A stretch of DNA of 64,000 bases from Botryllus schlosseri (Eukaryota), in contig CM119371.1 of NCBI GenBank assembly GCA_051294905.1, positions 20,896,001 to 20,960,000 on the forward strand, read 5' to 3'. The translations under genes and the position numbers were made by a program. Below, one piece after another: positions 35,355 through 49,170 of this stretch. Within the stretch, counting starts at the first letter, position 1. Every line of letters starts with the position of its first letter. The notes beneath the pieces are model-generated. The model was not told the origin of the DNA and ran no database searches. It worked only from the letters and a program-made list of their open reading frames with translations.

Positions 35355-36689
35355 CAGGGTTGCCATCGACATGGACTTAAAGATAAGGACAATCGAGAAA
35401 TAAGATTACCATTAAAAGCGATTGGGTATATACTTCGTATTTATACGAGCCGTGGCATATCACATTACATACTTTTCGCAAGAAACAACCTGCTCTTGCA
35501 ACTCCTTGTTATTAGAAAGTGCGTCATGAATCTCACGACAGCTCAGGTCTACGTTGACCTTTACTCGTCCGCCCCTCCACCATTGGGTGGTAAACCAAAC
35601 TTCGTCACCTCGCTCTGATTAGAGGCGCAAACCAAGATGGAAAAATGCAGTTACATCAAGTTTAGACTAAATCATTTTTGAGCGTAAGGAGCAAGAACTC
35701 CAGTAACAATGCTAGTAGTCTTGGTCCTGGCCGAAGCGAACTTCCTTGCGATGGTGGAATCGGGAATATTTCTACGAACAATTGCGATGTGCAATCATGG
35801 TAGAGGAATGATGGCTGGTGTTTGACAGTATGGAATGCCCAGGTACCCTCAGCAGCAGCTGCCTAGTAGTTTGGGCTGGTCGTTGCTCGTTGGTGTTGAT
35901 CGACTTGTGAAAAAATTATTCATCGCTGGTTCGAGACAATCATTAAGAAACACTTCCTGTGTTTTGGGGTATCAATGTGAGTTGACATAGCGGTCTTTTC
36001 TATGGCCTCCATGTTAATGTCACAATTGCAGAGATTGCTATGTGTGGGAAACACTCACCCTTCAAGCTTCCTCTGATATCTTTGAATTATTGCTGATAAT
36101 CGTCACGAAAAACGTTTTTACGCCTGATCATGATCATTTTAGCTAAACAGATTTAGCCTTATTTGTAGCTGAAACTATATGTGCAATATAATAAAGATAA
36201 ATTTATCAATGATTGATAGCTTTTCTACTTTTTAACCCAAGTCTTGACTGCACTGCGCCATGTTCCGGTACGCAATAAATGCTGCCTTCCCAACAGCTTA
36301 TTCTGTAGACTATAGACGGCAGAAACCTGGTGCTGCTGTTTACTACTAAAATGACGTCCGTTTCGATAGCTTGGTACAGCCGAAACTACTATAACACTCA
36401 CTGCTCTAGCTATCTCACCACTTAGAATTCAAATCCTGTGTTGTATACGCCACCGGAATTCCTTTAATCTATGATTTCATAAAATCTCGAGGCAAAATCA
36501 TAATTTTGGACTATTATGCAACACAGATACCAGAGGAAAACGTTCGAAGTTCTGTAGTTGTTAAAATAAGACAAAATAAGGACGCAGATCGAAAAGAAGG
36601 ACATTTCTTAGAAATAAGGACTGTTGAGTTTTCCAAGACGTGGCACTTAATAATAAAGACAAATCTTAGAAATAAGGACGGTAACCCTG
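35355..36689. mobile_element. hAT non-autonomous element with ATAAGGAC subterminal motifs
   Basis: Ends CAGGGTTGCC / GGTAACCCTG. TSD GCTATAGC at 35347-35354 and 36690-36697. An inverted partial copy lies at ~52640-53222. Confidence 0.9.
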
Positions 36690-37486
36690 GCTATAGCCCT
36701 GATAAGCAAGTTGGTCTAGTATAGTAAAGTGGTATCAACCAAGCAGCGTCAATGCATTCACTTTATGAAACATTATATTTCATAATTACATTATACATGC
36801 CGCTATCTCGAAAGGGTACGGCGTTGAAAATACTATAAAAAAATCCTGCTCTGGGTCTGCGTTATGTTGACTGACGAAATAATTTTTGAATTTTAGAGGA
36901 AATTTTATATGAAATTCTTTTCACTCGACAATGTTTTTGCTTCGGGATCGTGTTACTTAGATTGAAGATGCTTTGTGGCCCCAGACAATTGTCTCGCGGG
37001 GCCCAAAGGACAGCAAACGCTAGTTTGAGAACCACCAACTTTCCCAGGCCTGATATGGAATCATGAAATACTTGGAGGGCCCGATTCCTGAAACGATGTT
37101 ATTCGCGTAATTATCCATCTATACACGGGATAAACCGAATTCAATATAAACTTCAAGTTTGAAGTGTATAGACCAAAAACAGTATTTATTGAATTTATTA
37201 GCGTAATGTACTTCAACAGCTGTTGAAATGAATGAGATATCAGTGGTCGATCAAAGTCATTATCATGTAAGACCGGAAACTGTGCCCGGGCCGGCCCGCA
37301 TGCCATTTGTTGCCCGCCGCTAATGCATATAGTCATATTTCAAATCCATTATTTATATATCGGTAGGAGTGATCGATTAGGATTACGACGACCTGGCATT
37401 CGGTAAATTATGGTTTATTTGTCCATACCAGATTGCAGTATAATATAATTACTCGCATTAAAACTCGGATCATCGTATTACTTTAG

Positions 37487-37687
37487 GTGTATGAAGCTGG
37501 TCACACAGTCATTACTACGGAAGATTGCGATGGAAAACTCTGTTTGGACCGTTATGCTTTCGACAACTTTCTGGAGAAATCCAATATTGGTGATAAAGCT
37601 TTTAGCATAATTTCGATATCCGGACCTGCACGGCAGGGAAAGTCTTTCTTGATGAATCTCATACTACGTTACTTCGATAAAGAGGAG
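37487..37687 (+). CDS. Atlastin/GBP-like GTPase, exon with G1 P-loop
   Basis: tttag|GTG...GAG|gtattt, 201 nt, phase 0-0. Encodes FSIISISGPARQGKSFLMNLILRYF (GxxRxGKS as in atlastins and GBPs). Confidence 0.9.
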
Positions 37688-38339
37688 GTATTTTCTAGTT
37701 GATGCTTAATATCCGTTTCATTTCTGCAGTAGACAACGTTCATTGAATGAATATAGTTTGCAAAAAACTCCCAGCACATGCAACTCTTCATATCTGTACA
37801 TTCTCGGCAAGTTTCATCGAATGTGGACCCTTACTGATCCCCGCGGACCCCCGCGTTATTTTTTTTTTCAAATTTAACCCTATTATCGTGCAACCGTAAT
37901 CCTTCTTGTGCAAATATAACTGTATAGGATCAGTTATAAACAGTAACAAATTGACTTTCTTGATAATAATATCAAATTATTTACCTAAACATTGAGTAGA
38001 CTTATATTATTTCAAAGCGAATTCTCTAGCTGCATTTCTTTAATACGTGGTCATGTCTGGCAATTCCGCGCCTTCGATTTGATTCAATCAAGTGCCGAAA
38101 ATCCATTTTCACAAAAGTAGGTGGTGGTTATTGTAATAAAAACGGGAAAAGCTTGCTACGACACCTTTAAGTATGATCGCAACATATGTGGCAATAGCAC
38201 CAAAATAGGGAAACAGATTTTTTAATGAACATATAACGTCCAGCCTAGTTATTTTTATATAGCAGCTCATCTTGAAGATATTCTGAAATAGCGGTTATGT
38301 ATATCGCAGGTGAAAATGATATTTTAAAATATTTCGAAG

Positions 38340-40962
38340 CAGACATGGGGTAATCGCGATTAGTAATCGTAATCGATTACGACGATCACAGCATTTTCAA
38401 GTAATCGTAATCGCAATCGATTACATTCGAAAAAATCCCGAAGTAATCGTAATCGTAATCGATGGTGGATTATACCACTGCGCTATCTCGCCACACAATT
38501 ACCTACATGTAGAGCTGGTCAGCACCGTAACTGCCGCACCCCAAACCCCCCAATTGGGGGGGGCCCGAGCTCGAAGGGGGCCCCAAATTATTTCGTGAAT
38601 TAGCATAAATTATAGAGTATTTTTTGAAAATTTATGCAATTTTTTCCAAAATTTTTCGCGCTGCGCGCGATTTAAAGTTGCCAAATATCTTGATTATTTG
38701 GTACTCTTCCCCCAAGAAAAAACACGCAAGATTTATAGAAATGGACATATCGGCGTTGGCCATTAATACGCCACTACGCACCAAGATATATAACGATTTA
38801 GGACTTATTACATGCGACTCCAAGAAGTGTGCCAGAACGATCGGCAGCGCGAAAATCTTAGCCGAAACAGACTGCCCCTACGCAGACCGAAAACTTCGTT
38901 ATATGTACAAAATAATAGGTTTAATTGTCCATAGGCGCCTAGATGACTGGCGCCATATGTTGCTTCCTGTCTTGGCAATCTGAACCTCAGAAGACAAATA
39001 CCATCCAGCAGGAAAAAAATATATGCCTGTGAAGAAATACCAATTTGAAATCGTGTGCGTCTTTTAGTTTAGTACGTTTGAGCGATTCTATATTTTTGAT
39101 ATAGCAGACAGGAGGTCACGAAATAAAATCATGTAACGAAGTCATACCAACGGGTCCGGCCGCCCGAAGATGTTTAATTATTATTTACGGGCACTACAGT
39201 TTCCGGTAAATCTGATAACGTGAGCAGAGAGGACAAGATATTGATAGCAATATATTAGCAATTCCCGATCTTATTGACCGATTGTATCATGAATTATCGA
39301 AAATTTTCGCGCTTCGAGCTGGCTCACTAAACAGTGCAGCTAAGTTCGTGGCAAAAGCGAACACTGTGATGAGGGGGTCGGTTTATCACCCTATGAGACC
39401 CCCAAACCCAAGTTTTTGTGGGGGGGGGGCGAGGCTGACGAAGTGCTGTTTCGTTCCTGCCAACGGGTATACGCCCGAAGATGTCTAATTATTATTGGGC
39501 GGTCCTACGTTTTAAAACATACCTCGCTCAGCTCTACCGGTAAATCTGATTACGTGAGCAGGGAGAGGATCAAAATTGATAGCAATATATATGTAATTCC
39601 CGATCATATTGCCTGATTCAATCATGATTTTCTGAAATTTTTCGCGCTTCGCGCGTCTAAGCGGGAAAAACTGATTCACTAAACGGACACCCAATGCAGA
39701 TGTAAAATAGCGTCAAAAAGCGGACAGCCAAAGGGGGGTCTGGGGGGCGAAGCCCCCCAGAAGTTAGGTTTATCACCCTATGGGGGGTCCACGGCCAACG
39801 TTTTGGGGGGGGGCCTGACGAAGTGCTGTTACGGGCCTGGAGCTGGTGGTGCGTAATTCATAATTATAACCTCTGGTATCTTGTTATAATTACTTTTGTG
39901 TATGTTGTTAATTCGTGACCTCCGGTTTGTTATATAATCAAACGATATTTTAGTGGCTCAAGCGTAGCAGACTAGAAGAAAAACTTTCGTGAGACGCACA
40001 AACAAATTGTTATGTCTTTATATCTGACTGCATGTCTAGCAACTCAAGTTGTAAATTACCATGGTCAGTGGCCACATTAACTACAATAGGACATGAAAAC
40101 ATTTTCATCATGGGGAAAAAGCATTCATTCCATCAATGCGGCCATCGAACTTAACAATCAAGTCTAATGATCCATTGGTTTGATATTCAGATAGCGCTGT
40201 AAAACGTGTTGCAACACCACCTGCACTTAATTAAGTCTGATGATGAGCAGACTTAAATTTGAGTGACGATCCAAACGCATTTGAGTGTGAGCATACTTTT
40301 TGACGTGAGTTGAGTAACGAAATCGTTGCTGAGTAGTGAATCACTACTCGACAGCAAAGGAATTGGTCTCCACCCTTAATTAGAAACTCCAGATTCCAAG
40401 CCAAGCAAGTGTAATTTTTGAATCAATTTTTTTGTTTGTTCCAAATTGATTTTAAAATTTTTTTGTTGGATTTTCTAACGTCAATGGGAGCCGCAAGTAG
40501 GCTAGCTCGGGGCCGCGGTTGGGAATCACTGATATAGAGAGGATTTTCAAGTTAATTAGATCTCTCAAAAATACTCTATAACTTATGTTGGTTTACGAAA
40601 TAATTTTTTAGGACCCTTCGAGCTCGCTCTCCACCCTATTGGGAAATTTGGGGTGCGGCAATTATGGCCCTGGCGCGATAAATTGAGCTCTATAAAAATG
40701 GACAATGGTACATTATGACGAAACAAGCAAATGACGCATCTCTTTTAAAGGGAGTTTGTTATCTCATTAGGCCTCTTCAGCGCAATCCATATTGTCTTTC
40801 AACATAGCTTCCAAGATGCAAAATAAATATAATCGTGAGTAATCGTGATTACTTTTCCAATGTAATCGTAATCGTAATCGACTACTTCCTGATTTTGCTG
40901 TAATCGTAATCGTAATCGTAATCGCAATCGATTACAATCATGAAGTAATCACCCTATGTCTG
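38340..40962. mobile_element. hAT MITE with (GTAATC)n repeats, expanded by nested insertions (intronic)
   Basis: Ends CAGACATGGGGT / ACCCTATGTCTG. TSD TTTCGAAG at 38332-38339 and 40963-40970. An inner inverted pair gccgcaccccaaa / tttggggtgcggc lies at ~38534 and ~40647. Confidence 0.88.
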
Positions 40963-41549
40963 TTTCGAAGTCACCTGTCACTAATGTTGCATTCAAAACA
41001 AAAGGTGTTTAACACTCTTTGTTTAAAACGTGTTTTAAACTGTGTTCTAAAGAAATTCGCTTTATTTTTCAAAAAAGCATTGGTTTAGAACACTGATAAA
41101 AGCATGTTTTAAAGAAAGTGTTTTTAAACAATGTTTGTTTTAAATGCAACCCTTCTTGGCACATGAGAGCCAGGTACGTACCTACGTCCTACATGCTACG
41201 CTGCTCGACCTGCGTTCCGTGTTTCACATTTTACACATTATGTGTCGCGAATGTAGATACCACGTGTTTCGCCTTCTAGCTCAATCGAACATAAAAAGTT
41301 CATAGCAGTTCAATGATATTTAGATAGAAAGATTTAACTTCGGTTACTTGTTGCAAATTTTAGTCCGTACTGATGGTATTTATTATTTATTGTACTAACT
41401 ATTCTCGGGTCGTTCGAATTAATTAAAACGAAATTATCATAATCCTTGAAAGAACGAAATGAAGTCAATATGCTGTCATTTGTCCCGTGTGTATAGGCTC
41501 AGGCCTGCATATCATCAACTACACCCGTATTTCAACCAAACGTTTGTTT

Positions 41550-41748
41550 GTTTGAAGTGTTCATCATGTTTGTCGACTACTATGGTCATTTACATCAGAC
41601 CAATTTCTTATTTTCCCCCGTAACTGCCGACTTGTAGCACGGCCCACTTCTAGGTTTTTATAAGACACCGCTGACACGGATGATATGGCGAGGAGGAGCA
41701 TAGGTGAACCTCCAAAACTGTAGGAATTCTGGAGTCGTCCTAGATGGG
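41550..41748 (-). mobile_element. 5'-truncated SINE copy with 15-bp TSD
   Basis: Reverse complement of ~13150-13329. Direct repeat ACCAAACGTTTGTTT at 41535-41549 and 41749-41763. Confidence 0.8.
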
Positions 41749-42044
41749 ACCAAACGTTTGTTTACATAATGAAAATACTGTTTTCAAAAGTACGTTCATG
41801 ATTAACGTTTATCGAAACTAGAAGAACTTTTCGGATGTCACTTATTAAGCGCTACCGGCACGATAATGAAAATTAAACAGGTCTGATTGAATCCAAAACC
41901 AAATGGAGAATTTGGACGCAATATTGTCGAATTTATATATAACATGAATGGAGCAAGCCCCGAACTACTGCTATATCCTGCTATGTAAATTGACTGAACA
42001 CCATGTACTGGTGAATTGTGGGTAGTCAGCTAAGTGATTTAGTT

Positions 42045-43833
42045 GGGGTCGCATTTGAAATAAGCATGTTTGAAACCAGCCCTTGTATAAAACATATTTT
42101 TATTGTTTGGTTTAGGCTATGAAGTCTCGAATATTCAAATGTGACGCCACAGTCAAATTACATTGGCAAAATAACGAAACGAACTATAGCTGTTGAACCG
42201 ACTATTTTTAGGGTTCCATCATCACACGGCTACATCGGGTGGAAATTGTCCGTAGGCTCATACAACGTGTTTGCTGGAAAGTATTTAGAAAATTTTGGCA
42301 TACTTTTGCTACTTAAAAATGTTTTTTTAGAATGGCCTTCGTTTAAAAGACTGTATTTTAAACAACCAAATGTTTAAAATGAAGCCATAGATTTAGTGCA
42401 GGAGCTTATGGAAAAGCGGATACTGTTTAATCATATTTTATTCGTGATAGGCTTGTAGTATTCTATACGAATAGATCTTTGTATGAATAACTATGCTAAT
42501 AGTCAAGATTAGTTTTTCAGCCCAATATCTAGTGTTCGTATTCGCGTATTAAGTTATTATGTGGAATTCAATATGTCGCAAATAGTCCGTTAGGATAGTA
42601 TAGTGGCTGTCTTTGCGGTGCATATAGGTGCAGTAAACGGCGAACAAAGATCCGCAGAGTTGAATTTAAACAGCAGAAGTAACGGCAGTGGTGATCAACA
42701 TTCAACAGTCGTCCGTACAGCTTCGATATCCCAGAAGCGATAGAAACCGTCGATATTACAAATTTTCGGTTCCCAACAAATGGCAAGCGAGAGCCGTTGC
42801 AGCAGTTTCTGATGAGAAACGTCATTGCACAGCATTGGCAGATGCAGTAGTTATTCGGGACGGCAGTTACTGTGCAGGTAGTCTACCTCTCCTCAAAAAG
42901 TTATTGAACGGTTCCATCAGCATCGCCGTAGAGTGGAAGAAATTAAAAAGTGCAGGCTGCCTACAGCCAGAATAAGGGCATGCCAGATGGAAATAAAAAC
43001 TTAGATGAAGTCATCAGGTCTCCTGAAAAGAATAATATTATAGAAGATTTGTTTCACGAGTTAATGTAACAAAATTCAGCGGTTTGCCAAGTAGGCCGCT
43101 GCATCGCAAAAAGCTTCCAATTTGTGAAATACGAGTCAAATCTGAAAGAGCTGCGATAATTTTCAATAACGCTGCAGTAAAATATTCCTCTAAAAAGGCG
43201 TAAAATTTGATATGCTTTAAATGTTAACTTACTCTTCCATGTCCAAATGTAATAATATCGTTATTTTGTAAGTGTTTACATCATTTTACAAATCTCGGGG
43301 GCTCTATTGCTATTGTCTCCTATACGTCCCATAATGTCTAACAAGGTTTGAACTATGTTCTGCCAATCGTGCGTGATATATTGAAGTTTGGTCCACTTGA
43401 ATTTAGTTAGTGGAAGTAATAGCTTGTCAACCGCTTACCACATGGGCAAAATTTCACAGTGTGTCATGGGATTACGTCAAGACTCCTCCAAGAAAGTATT
43501 ATCGGCATTTTAAAAAACACTATATTTTTTATTAAATTGTAAAATTATGACGTAATGGTGAATATACTTTGCAAAATAAAAACATGTCGTATGAGCCTAC
43601 GGATAATTCTCACCCGATACAGCCGATGTTTACGATATGGCATGGTTGGAACCCTCAAAATAGTTGGTTCAACAGTAGATAGATATATTGTGAAAGCAGC
43701 TATATTTACCCCATATTCTCAATAGTCAATGTCAATCCACTATGACGTCACAATTGAACATATTTGACGTCATCAAAAACATGTTTTAAACAAGGGATTT
43801 GTTTCAAACGTGTTTGTTTTAAATGCAACTCTA
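42045..43833. mobile_element. Non-autonomous DNA transposon with ~230-bp inverted arms (AGGGTTGCATTTAAAAC family)
   Basis: 42045-42272 is inverted relative to 43580-43833 (ccgtaggctcatac / gtatgagcctacgg). The same arm occurs at 18510-18816, and related ends at 40985-41153. Confidence 0.75.
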
Positions 43834-43922
43834 AGTATAATTAAGTAATATAAAGCATAGTTGGCATTGCATTCATCGTATTTTACGATGCGTAATTGAT
43901 AGTCAAACTTTTGTTATCGCAG

Positions 43923-44093
43923 GTGGTAATAAAAAACCAATTACTTTACCAGTGGCACGTACACAATCAAGAGACTACCGATGACGGAAAATACATGATG
44001 AACGCATTCACAGTGGATTCATCTCCAGCCTGTGTAACAACGGGAATTAGACTCTACAACCGCACATTTGAAGTAGAGTACGATAAAAAGCCG
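43923..44093 (+). CDS. Atlastin/GBP-like GTPase, exon with G2 (switch I)
   Basis: cgcag|GTG...CCG|gtatgt, 171 nt, phase 0-0. Encodes AFTVDSSPACVTTGIRLYNRTF (cf. GF.W.GG...ETTGI.IW). Confidence 0.8.
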
Positions 44094-44492
44094 GTATGTT
44101 GACCTATTAAACTATATCTTATTTCGACCTCGGGCCATTTGTTGACAGGCACAACTATCAAGTAGGGCTGGGATAAATACAGAACACGAGTGATTCAATT
44201 TTGAGTTTAGTATTAGGCTTCGAGCATATTGGAGTATTCGGTATGACGTATTAAAAGAATAAAGATGTGGAAAGTTCAAATATGCACCTCTTATTGCCTG
44301 TGGCTTCCAAACTGGGGTACGCGTGCGAAATGATTGACGATTACTTGAAGATGACTCACAGTCGTCATGATATCGACAACGTTGGTCGCACAAAGCATCA
44401 GTGTTGGGATCAAGTCACTACCTTCGAGTCACGAGTCATTTCGAGATATGATACAATTCAAGCCTTCGCCAATGTTTGAGGAGTATATAAAC

Positions 44493-46448
44493 CAGTGGCG
44501 GCTCGTCCTATAGGGCAACTGGGGCATTGCCCCACCTAAAATTCTGTTCAATAACAATTCTTTACCATTTATAGACGCACAACAATCTACATATACCAAA
44601 ATCACAGCGAAAATCGTATTCTTCTTGTCCTTTCGCTTGTAAATGCCCATATATAGCGAAGTCTCTGCGAAAATCGAATTCTCTTCTGTGTTTTCGCTTT
44701 GCGAATGCCTAGCCGGGGCATGCCCCGGTAGCGCTCATAACAAGCTTTCACTGTCTATTCTCTCAAAGCCGCGCACAATAAAGAAACGGTGATTTACTCT
44801 CTACTATTCATAAAATTATCGAGCAACCGGGGCACAATAGCTCTGTGCCCCTAAGGTGTGATGAAACAATCGTATCTATAGCTGAACTCGGTTACCGTCA
44901 TATGCGTTTAGTCGACCTTTGCTGGTATAGGTCGATTTTGATGGTGTTTCACACCATCAAAACTCTTGAAACTTGGTATGTCATGTCGTGATGGTGGTAT
45001 TTAACATTGCTCCAGGTTTCAGGGTTTCTACTTAAAGTTTAGGGTAGTAATTCCGTTTCCGAAGTTGAGTGTGTGCTGATCCGTCATGCATCGCAAACAG
45101 ATTTTACTCGAAAGCCGGTATTGGTATCCATTGATTTTGACGATGTTCAATACTGAGATCGGTTATGACATTTGGCACGGTAAGTCTTAATGTTAGTATC
45201 GAACGCTGTACCAAGTTTTAAGTTTGTCACTGAACTATGTTAGTGGTAATTTCGTTTACTAAGTCGAGTGAGAGCTGACTCGTCATTTATCGCTAACAGA
45301 TTTTACGCAAAGTCGGTATTGGTCTCTATTGATTTTAACGATGCTCATTGCCTAGATCTGTCACGAGCTTTTGCACGGTGTGTTTTGATTTTAGTATCGA
45401 ACGCTGTGCCAAGTCTCAAGGTTGACACTCAATGATTAGGGCAGTAATTTCGTTATCAAGGTCGAATATGGTAGATATGTGCTCAGATCTGACACTTTAG
45501 CCTACAACGCATTGCGGATTTCACGCAAAAGCCGGTGTATCTGTGGTAACGTTTTAACTGTGTTCCATACTGAGATAGGTGACGAGATGATGATATCATT
45601 CTCATTTGCATTCAAATATTTACTTTGATATTATATTCTACAATGTCAATTTCACCGTGAAATTGTGGCCTTCAAGCCATTTGCTTACAACCCCCTGTCA
45701 AGCGCGATAGCTATTTCGTTTTCGATGTCGGCTAACAGCTGATCACTTGATCAGCCTATTCCTCAGTAAATTTTACGCAAAATTCGGTCTCTTCGCATTA
45801 ATTTTGACAGTGTGCCATACCGAAAAGGGCCATGAGGCTACTTCTCGATGATGTCGTTTAACAGTGTACTAAGTTTACGGCTTTCATCCACGTATATATT
45901 CGGTAATATATTTTCCAAAGGCGATTTCGCAGCAGACCTATAGACAGTAATAAAACCATATGTGTCGTGTTACAGTCTCCAGTTTCAAGGCCAAAATCTC
46001 CTATGCTGTACCGAGAACCGAGTTTCCGAGACTGCTATTCTCTTCAGAATGATGTTTTGGATTCAATATGACAGGCCCAATGCATGAGATAACAATTGGG
46101 TATGGGTATGTGTCCGAACTCGTTGACCTTTCCAATTAGGCTTACGCAATATCTCGAGTTATAGTCATTTCCATTTCTGCAGATAATTAGTCAGGTCTAG
46201 TGCGAACATGAACCGCGTTGAATCTTTGTTCCGTACGCCGTTTACGCAGTTACCACACTTCAAGTCACAGCTCAGCGGCAGACCTCTCGTGGCACATACG
46301 CTAAAACCACTGTTGTCGGGAAATTCATGTTACCGTAACATCATTAAGATACTTGTTTACGTTGGAAAACGCCATTGTGACGTCATCTTGATAAAAAGTC
46401 GCTTGCAGCCCTTGCCCCACCACCCGATATTGTCACGAGCCGCCACTG
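44493..46448. mobile_element. hAT element nested in a GACTT-family MITE (44399-46914); carries an internal tandem array
   Basis: TIR CAGTGGCGGCTCGT / ACGAGCCGCCACTG. TSD ATATAAAC / ATATAAGC. Confidence 0.85.
44885..45920. repeat. Diverged ~200-bp tandem repeat, about 5 units
   Basis: Anchor gt(a/g)gtaatt(t/c)cgtt at ~45043, 45243 and 45441, with weaker copies at ~45707 and ~45901. Shared ttttacgcaaa..cggt and tagtatcgaacgctgt motifs. Confidence 0.8.
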
Positions 46449-47755
46449 ATATAAGCTATATCCGAATTCAATTTCAATGAAACAAGATGTTTGGCCAAGG
46501 TAAGAACAGAGAACAGAAATGGACATTTTGCTATTAAATTACTTTACTATACTAGTTTACAACAACGTAAGCTGTGAGCTTCGATCACTGCGTTTGTGTT
46601 CTCTATTTATTTGTGAGAAAACAATGGAGAATCGGTAAAACATACGATCATTGAAGGATTGCTCGCTCTCACAGATTACGACAGCGTTTCGCGAACGATC
46701 CCAACTTATGGAAGATACAATGATTTTTATCGACACCGATTACTTGATGACTTCAAATTGACTCGTGAATGCTGCTCCGCGTCACGAGCCAATCCACATT
46801 TCCGAAACAAGTCAAGTCATTTTAGCAAAGTGACTCGAGTCAAGTCAAGTCATAAGAAAAGGGGGACGCGAATCTGACTCAAGTCAAGTCATGACTCGAG
46901 CCATCCTAACACTGGTATTTGTCTACCGCAAACATTACACTCGCCTTGCTATACACAATCCCTCGAATTCGACTGTTATCCAGATATTTTGATTTTTTAG
47001 TGTGAACATGAATTAAGGTGAATCTTTGCTCCGTGTACGTGGTTTAGGTCGTACTCTACAGGAAAACTCACCCGTACATATGCACCCACGTGTTTCGATA
47101 AAAATGAAGGACTGGCGAGAAATGTTCCCTTTAATTTTTGACGAGTCTTCGCGCACTCACCAAGTCACAGCGCAAACCTTTGGACAACAGTGCATAACGA
47201 CTGAAAGAAAAGGTCACCACTTCGGATTTTTTGTGCGCAATTTATATTTGCTGTGCACAGAGACCGTGTCCGCGCTGCGCATTTGCGCACGTGCGCGGCT
47301 TATAGGGAACATTGCTGCCGAGTTGTAAGGATAAGTGGGCGTATGCCTTGCGTTCGCTTCTACTCTTTTTTAGTGAACATTGCTGATTCTACAAGCAAGA
47401 GCTCTATAATCGGAACAAACCGGCTATCGCCATATGAAGCATTTGGCAGGACGTCTTAAAGCACACCAAATTTCCAAAGTGCTCATGGATAGTGCAGCTA
47501 CATAAAATTCTTGTGCAGAGTGAATCTCCTGTCCAGGCCCATTGTTGAAGATGCCGCAATGCTGAAGTAAAAGCTGACTTCTTAGGCATCACTAAATTTA
47601 CCAACTGCAACAATCAAATTTCATAATAATTCCTAAAAATAAATATCCCTCGTCGCTTTACCATCAATTTCGACGAGGACTCTCTTAAACCTTTACGGTG
47701 TAAGCCAGACTGGAAAATGTATACTCAACGCCAGACGGTTGCTATATCTATATAT

Positions 47756-49170
47756 CAGGGGCGAACCCATCAAAGGTTCAGGTTCGTGTGTACGCGAAGG
47801 TTATGGCGTCACATTGCTTAATCCAACCCTACATGCCAGTGAAGTGATATATTCATGTTCATATATAGAATATATATACCTAGAGACGACTCAGGTCACA
47901 TGACTCCGCAATACTGAAGTACATGCAGATTTTTTAAACGTCACAAATTTATCAACCAAAGCAATCAAATGATATAATAATCCCATAAATTCAATATCTT
48001 CCGTCGCTTTGCCAATAATTTCGACTAGGAATTGAAACGGAATATAAGTTCACGTCTTAACGGCCGAGTCCAGACCGGAAAATGTTTTCGGCATTCGACT
48101 GTTGAACAGATTTATCCCGAGAGCCTGCTGGATTTTTACATTAGCCTAAGACCTATTTTTATATCAATTTCATTGATTGGTTGAATAATCATCATTCGCT
48201 GCCTACTTACATGTAAAGTATTTCATTCTTGATGTTATGTGATTGCGAGTCAAGCTCGCAACAAAGAGGAATTAAATATCCACAACCGCACGGCTGAAAA
48301 TTTCGAGCAAACGTTTGTAACACAGCCAGGATTGTAACCAAGTCACAAGTTACCGAGTCACAAGTCAATCTCACTTTTATAGTTTTGACTCGAGTCAAGT
48401 CGAGTCATTTTCAATTCACCACCGAGTCAAGTCCGAGTCCAAGTCAGCGAAAAGAGGGTCAAGTCCGAGTCACAGTATTATGACTCGAGTCGAGTCCAAG
48501 TCATCGTGTTTACTGCTCTGTTTCTTGTAAAAGTCATGTTAAAATCACACTTTTATAACTCTATTTGGTGGTATCCAATGGTTTGATGTTATAATATACG
48601 AATTTTCCTCACTTTCAGCAGTTTCTGGTCGCATTTTCAAGTACCAGTACCAACAGACGAAATTCCAATAGTGTCTTGGCTTTGAAATTACAATGAACTG
48701 TCGGTCTTGGACGTCTGAGTCTCGAGTCAATGACTTGGCTCGAGTCTTGCGCAATGACTCGAGTCCAAGTCGAGTCAATACACAGATTGACTCGAGCCGA
48801 TTCGAGTCATTTCAATATTTTGGAAAAATGACTCGACTCAAGTCGAGTCATCAGAAAATCGTGACTCGAGTCGGACTCGAGTCGAGTCATGACTCGAGTC
48901 ATTACAACCCTGAACACAGCAAGTAAATTTTTTGGAATTGGCTCGTTTAGTATTGATTTATTTATGCTGCCAGCGCCTCGCATACGGTGGTATGAAGTTT
49001 AAATGCAAAGAATTTAAACCATAGATGTAATAATGACGTGCTAAATTGTGATGCATAAAAAAGGTTCACATTGCAGAACCTACCAAGGTTCGTTTGTGAA
49101 CGTGAACCTCTCGATTTCTGAGGTTCACACACAGAACGTGAGTGTGAACATCACGTTCACACCATCCCTA
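47756..49170. mobile_element. hAT MITE with GTGAAC/GTTCAC motifs (inverted copy of 60091-61094); host of 48327-48912
   Basis: Right end GTTCACACCATCCCTA. The internal sequence is the reverse complement of 60091-61094. Left end eroded. Confidence 0.75.
48327..48912. mobile_element. hAT MITE, GACTCGAGTC family
   Basis: Ends CAGGATTGTAA / TTACAACCCTG. TSD AACACAGC at 48319-48326 and 48913-48920. Confidence 0.92.

Noticed and set aside
35630..35900. Candidate first exon or promoter of the GTPase gene
   Set aside because: It lies within the TSD-bounded element 35355-36689 and has no supported donor or frame. The gene's start exon could not be identified.
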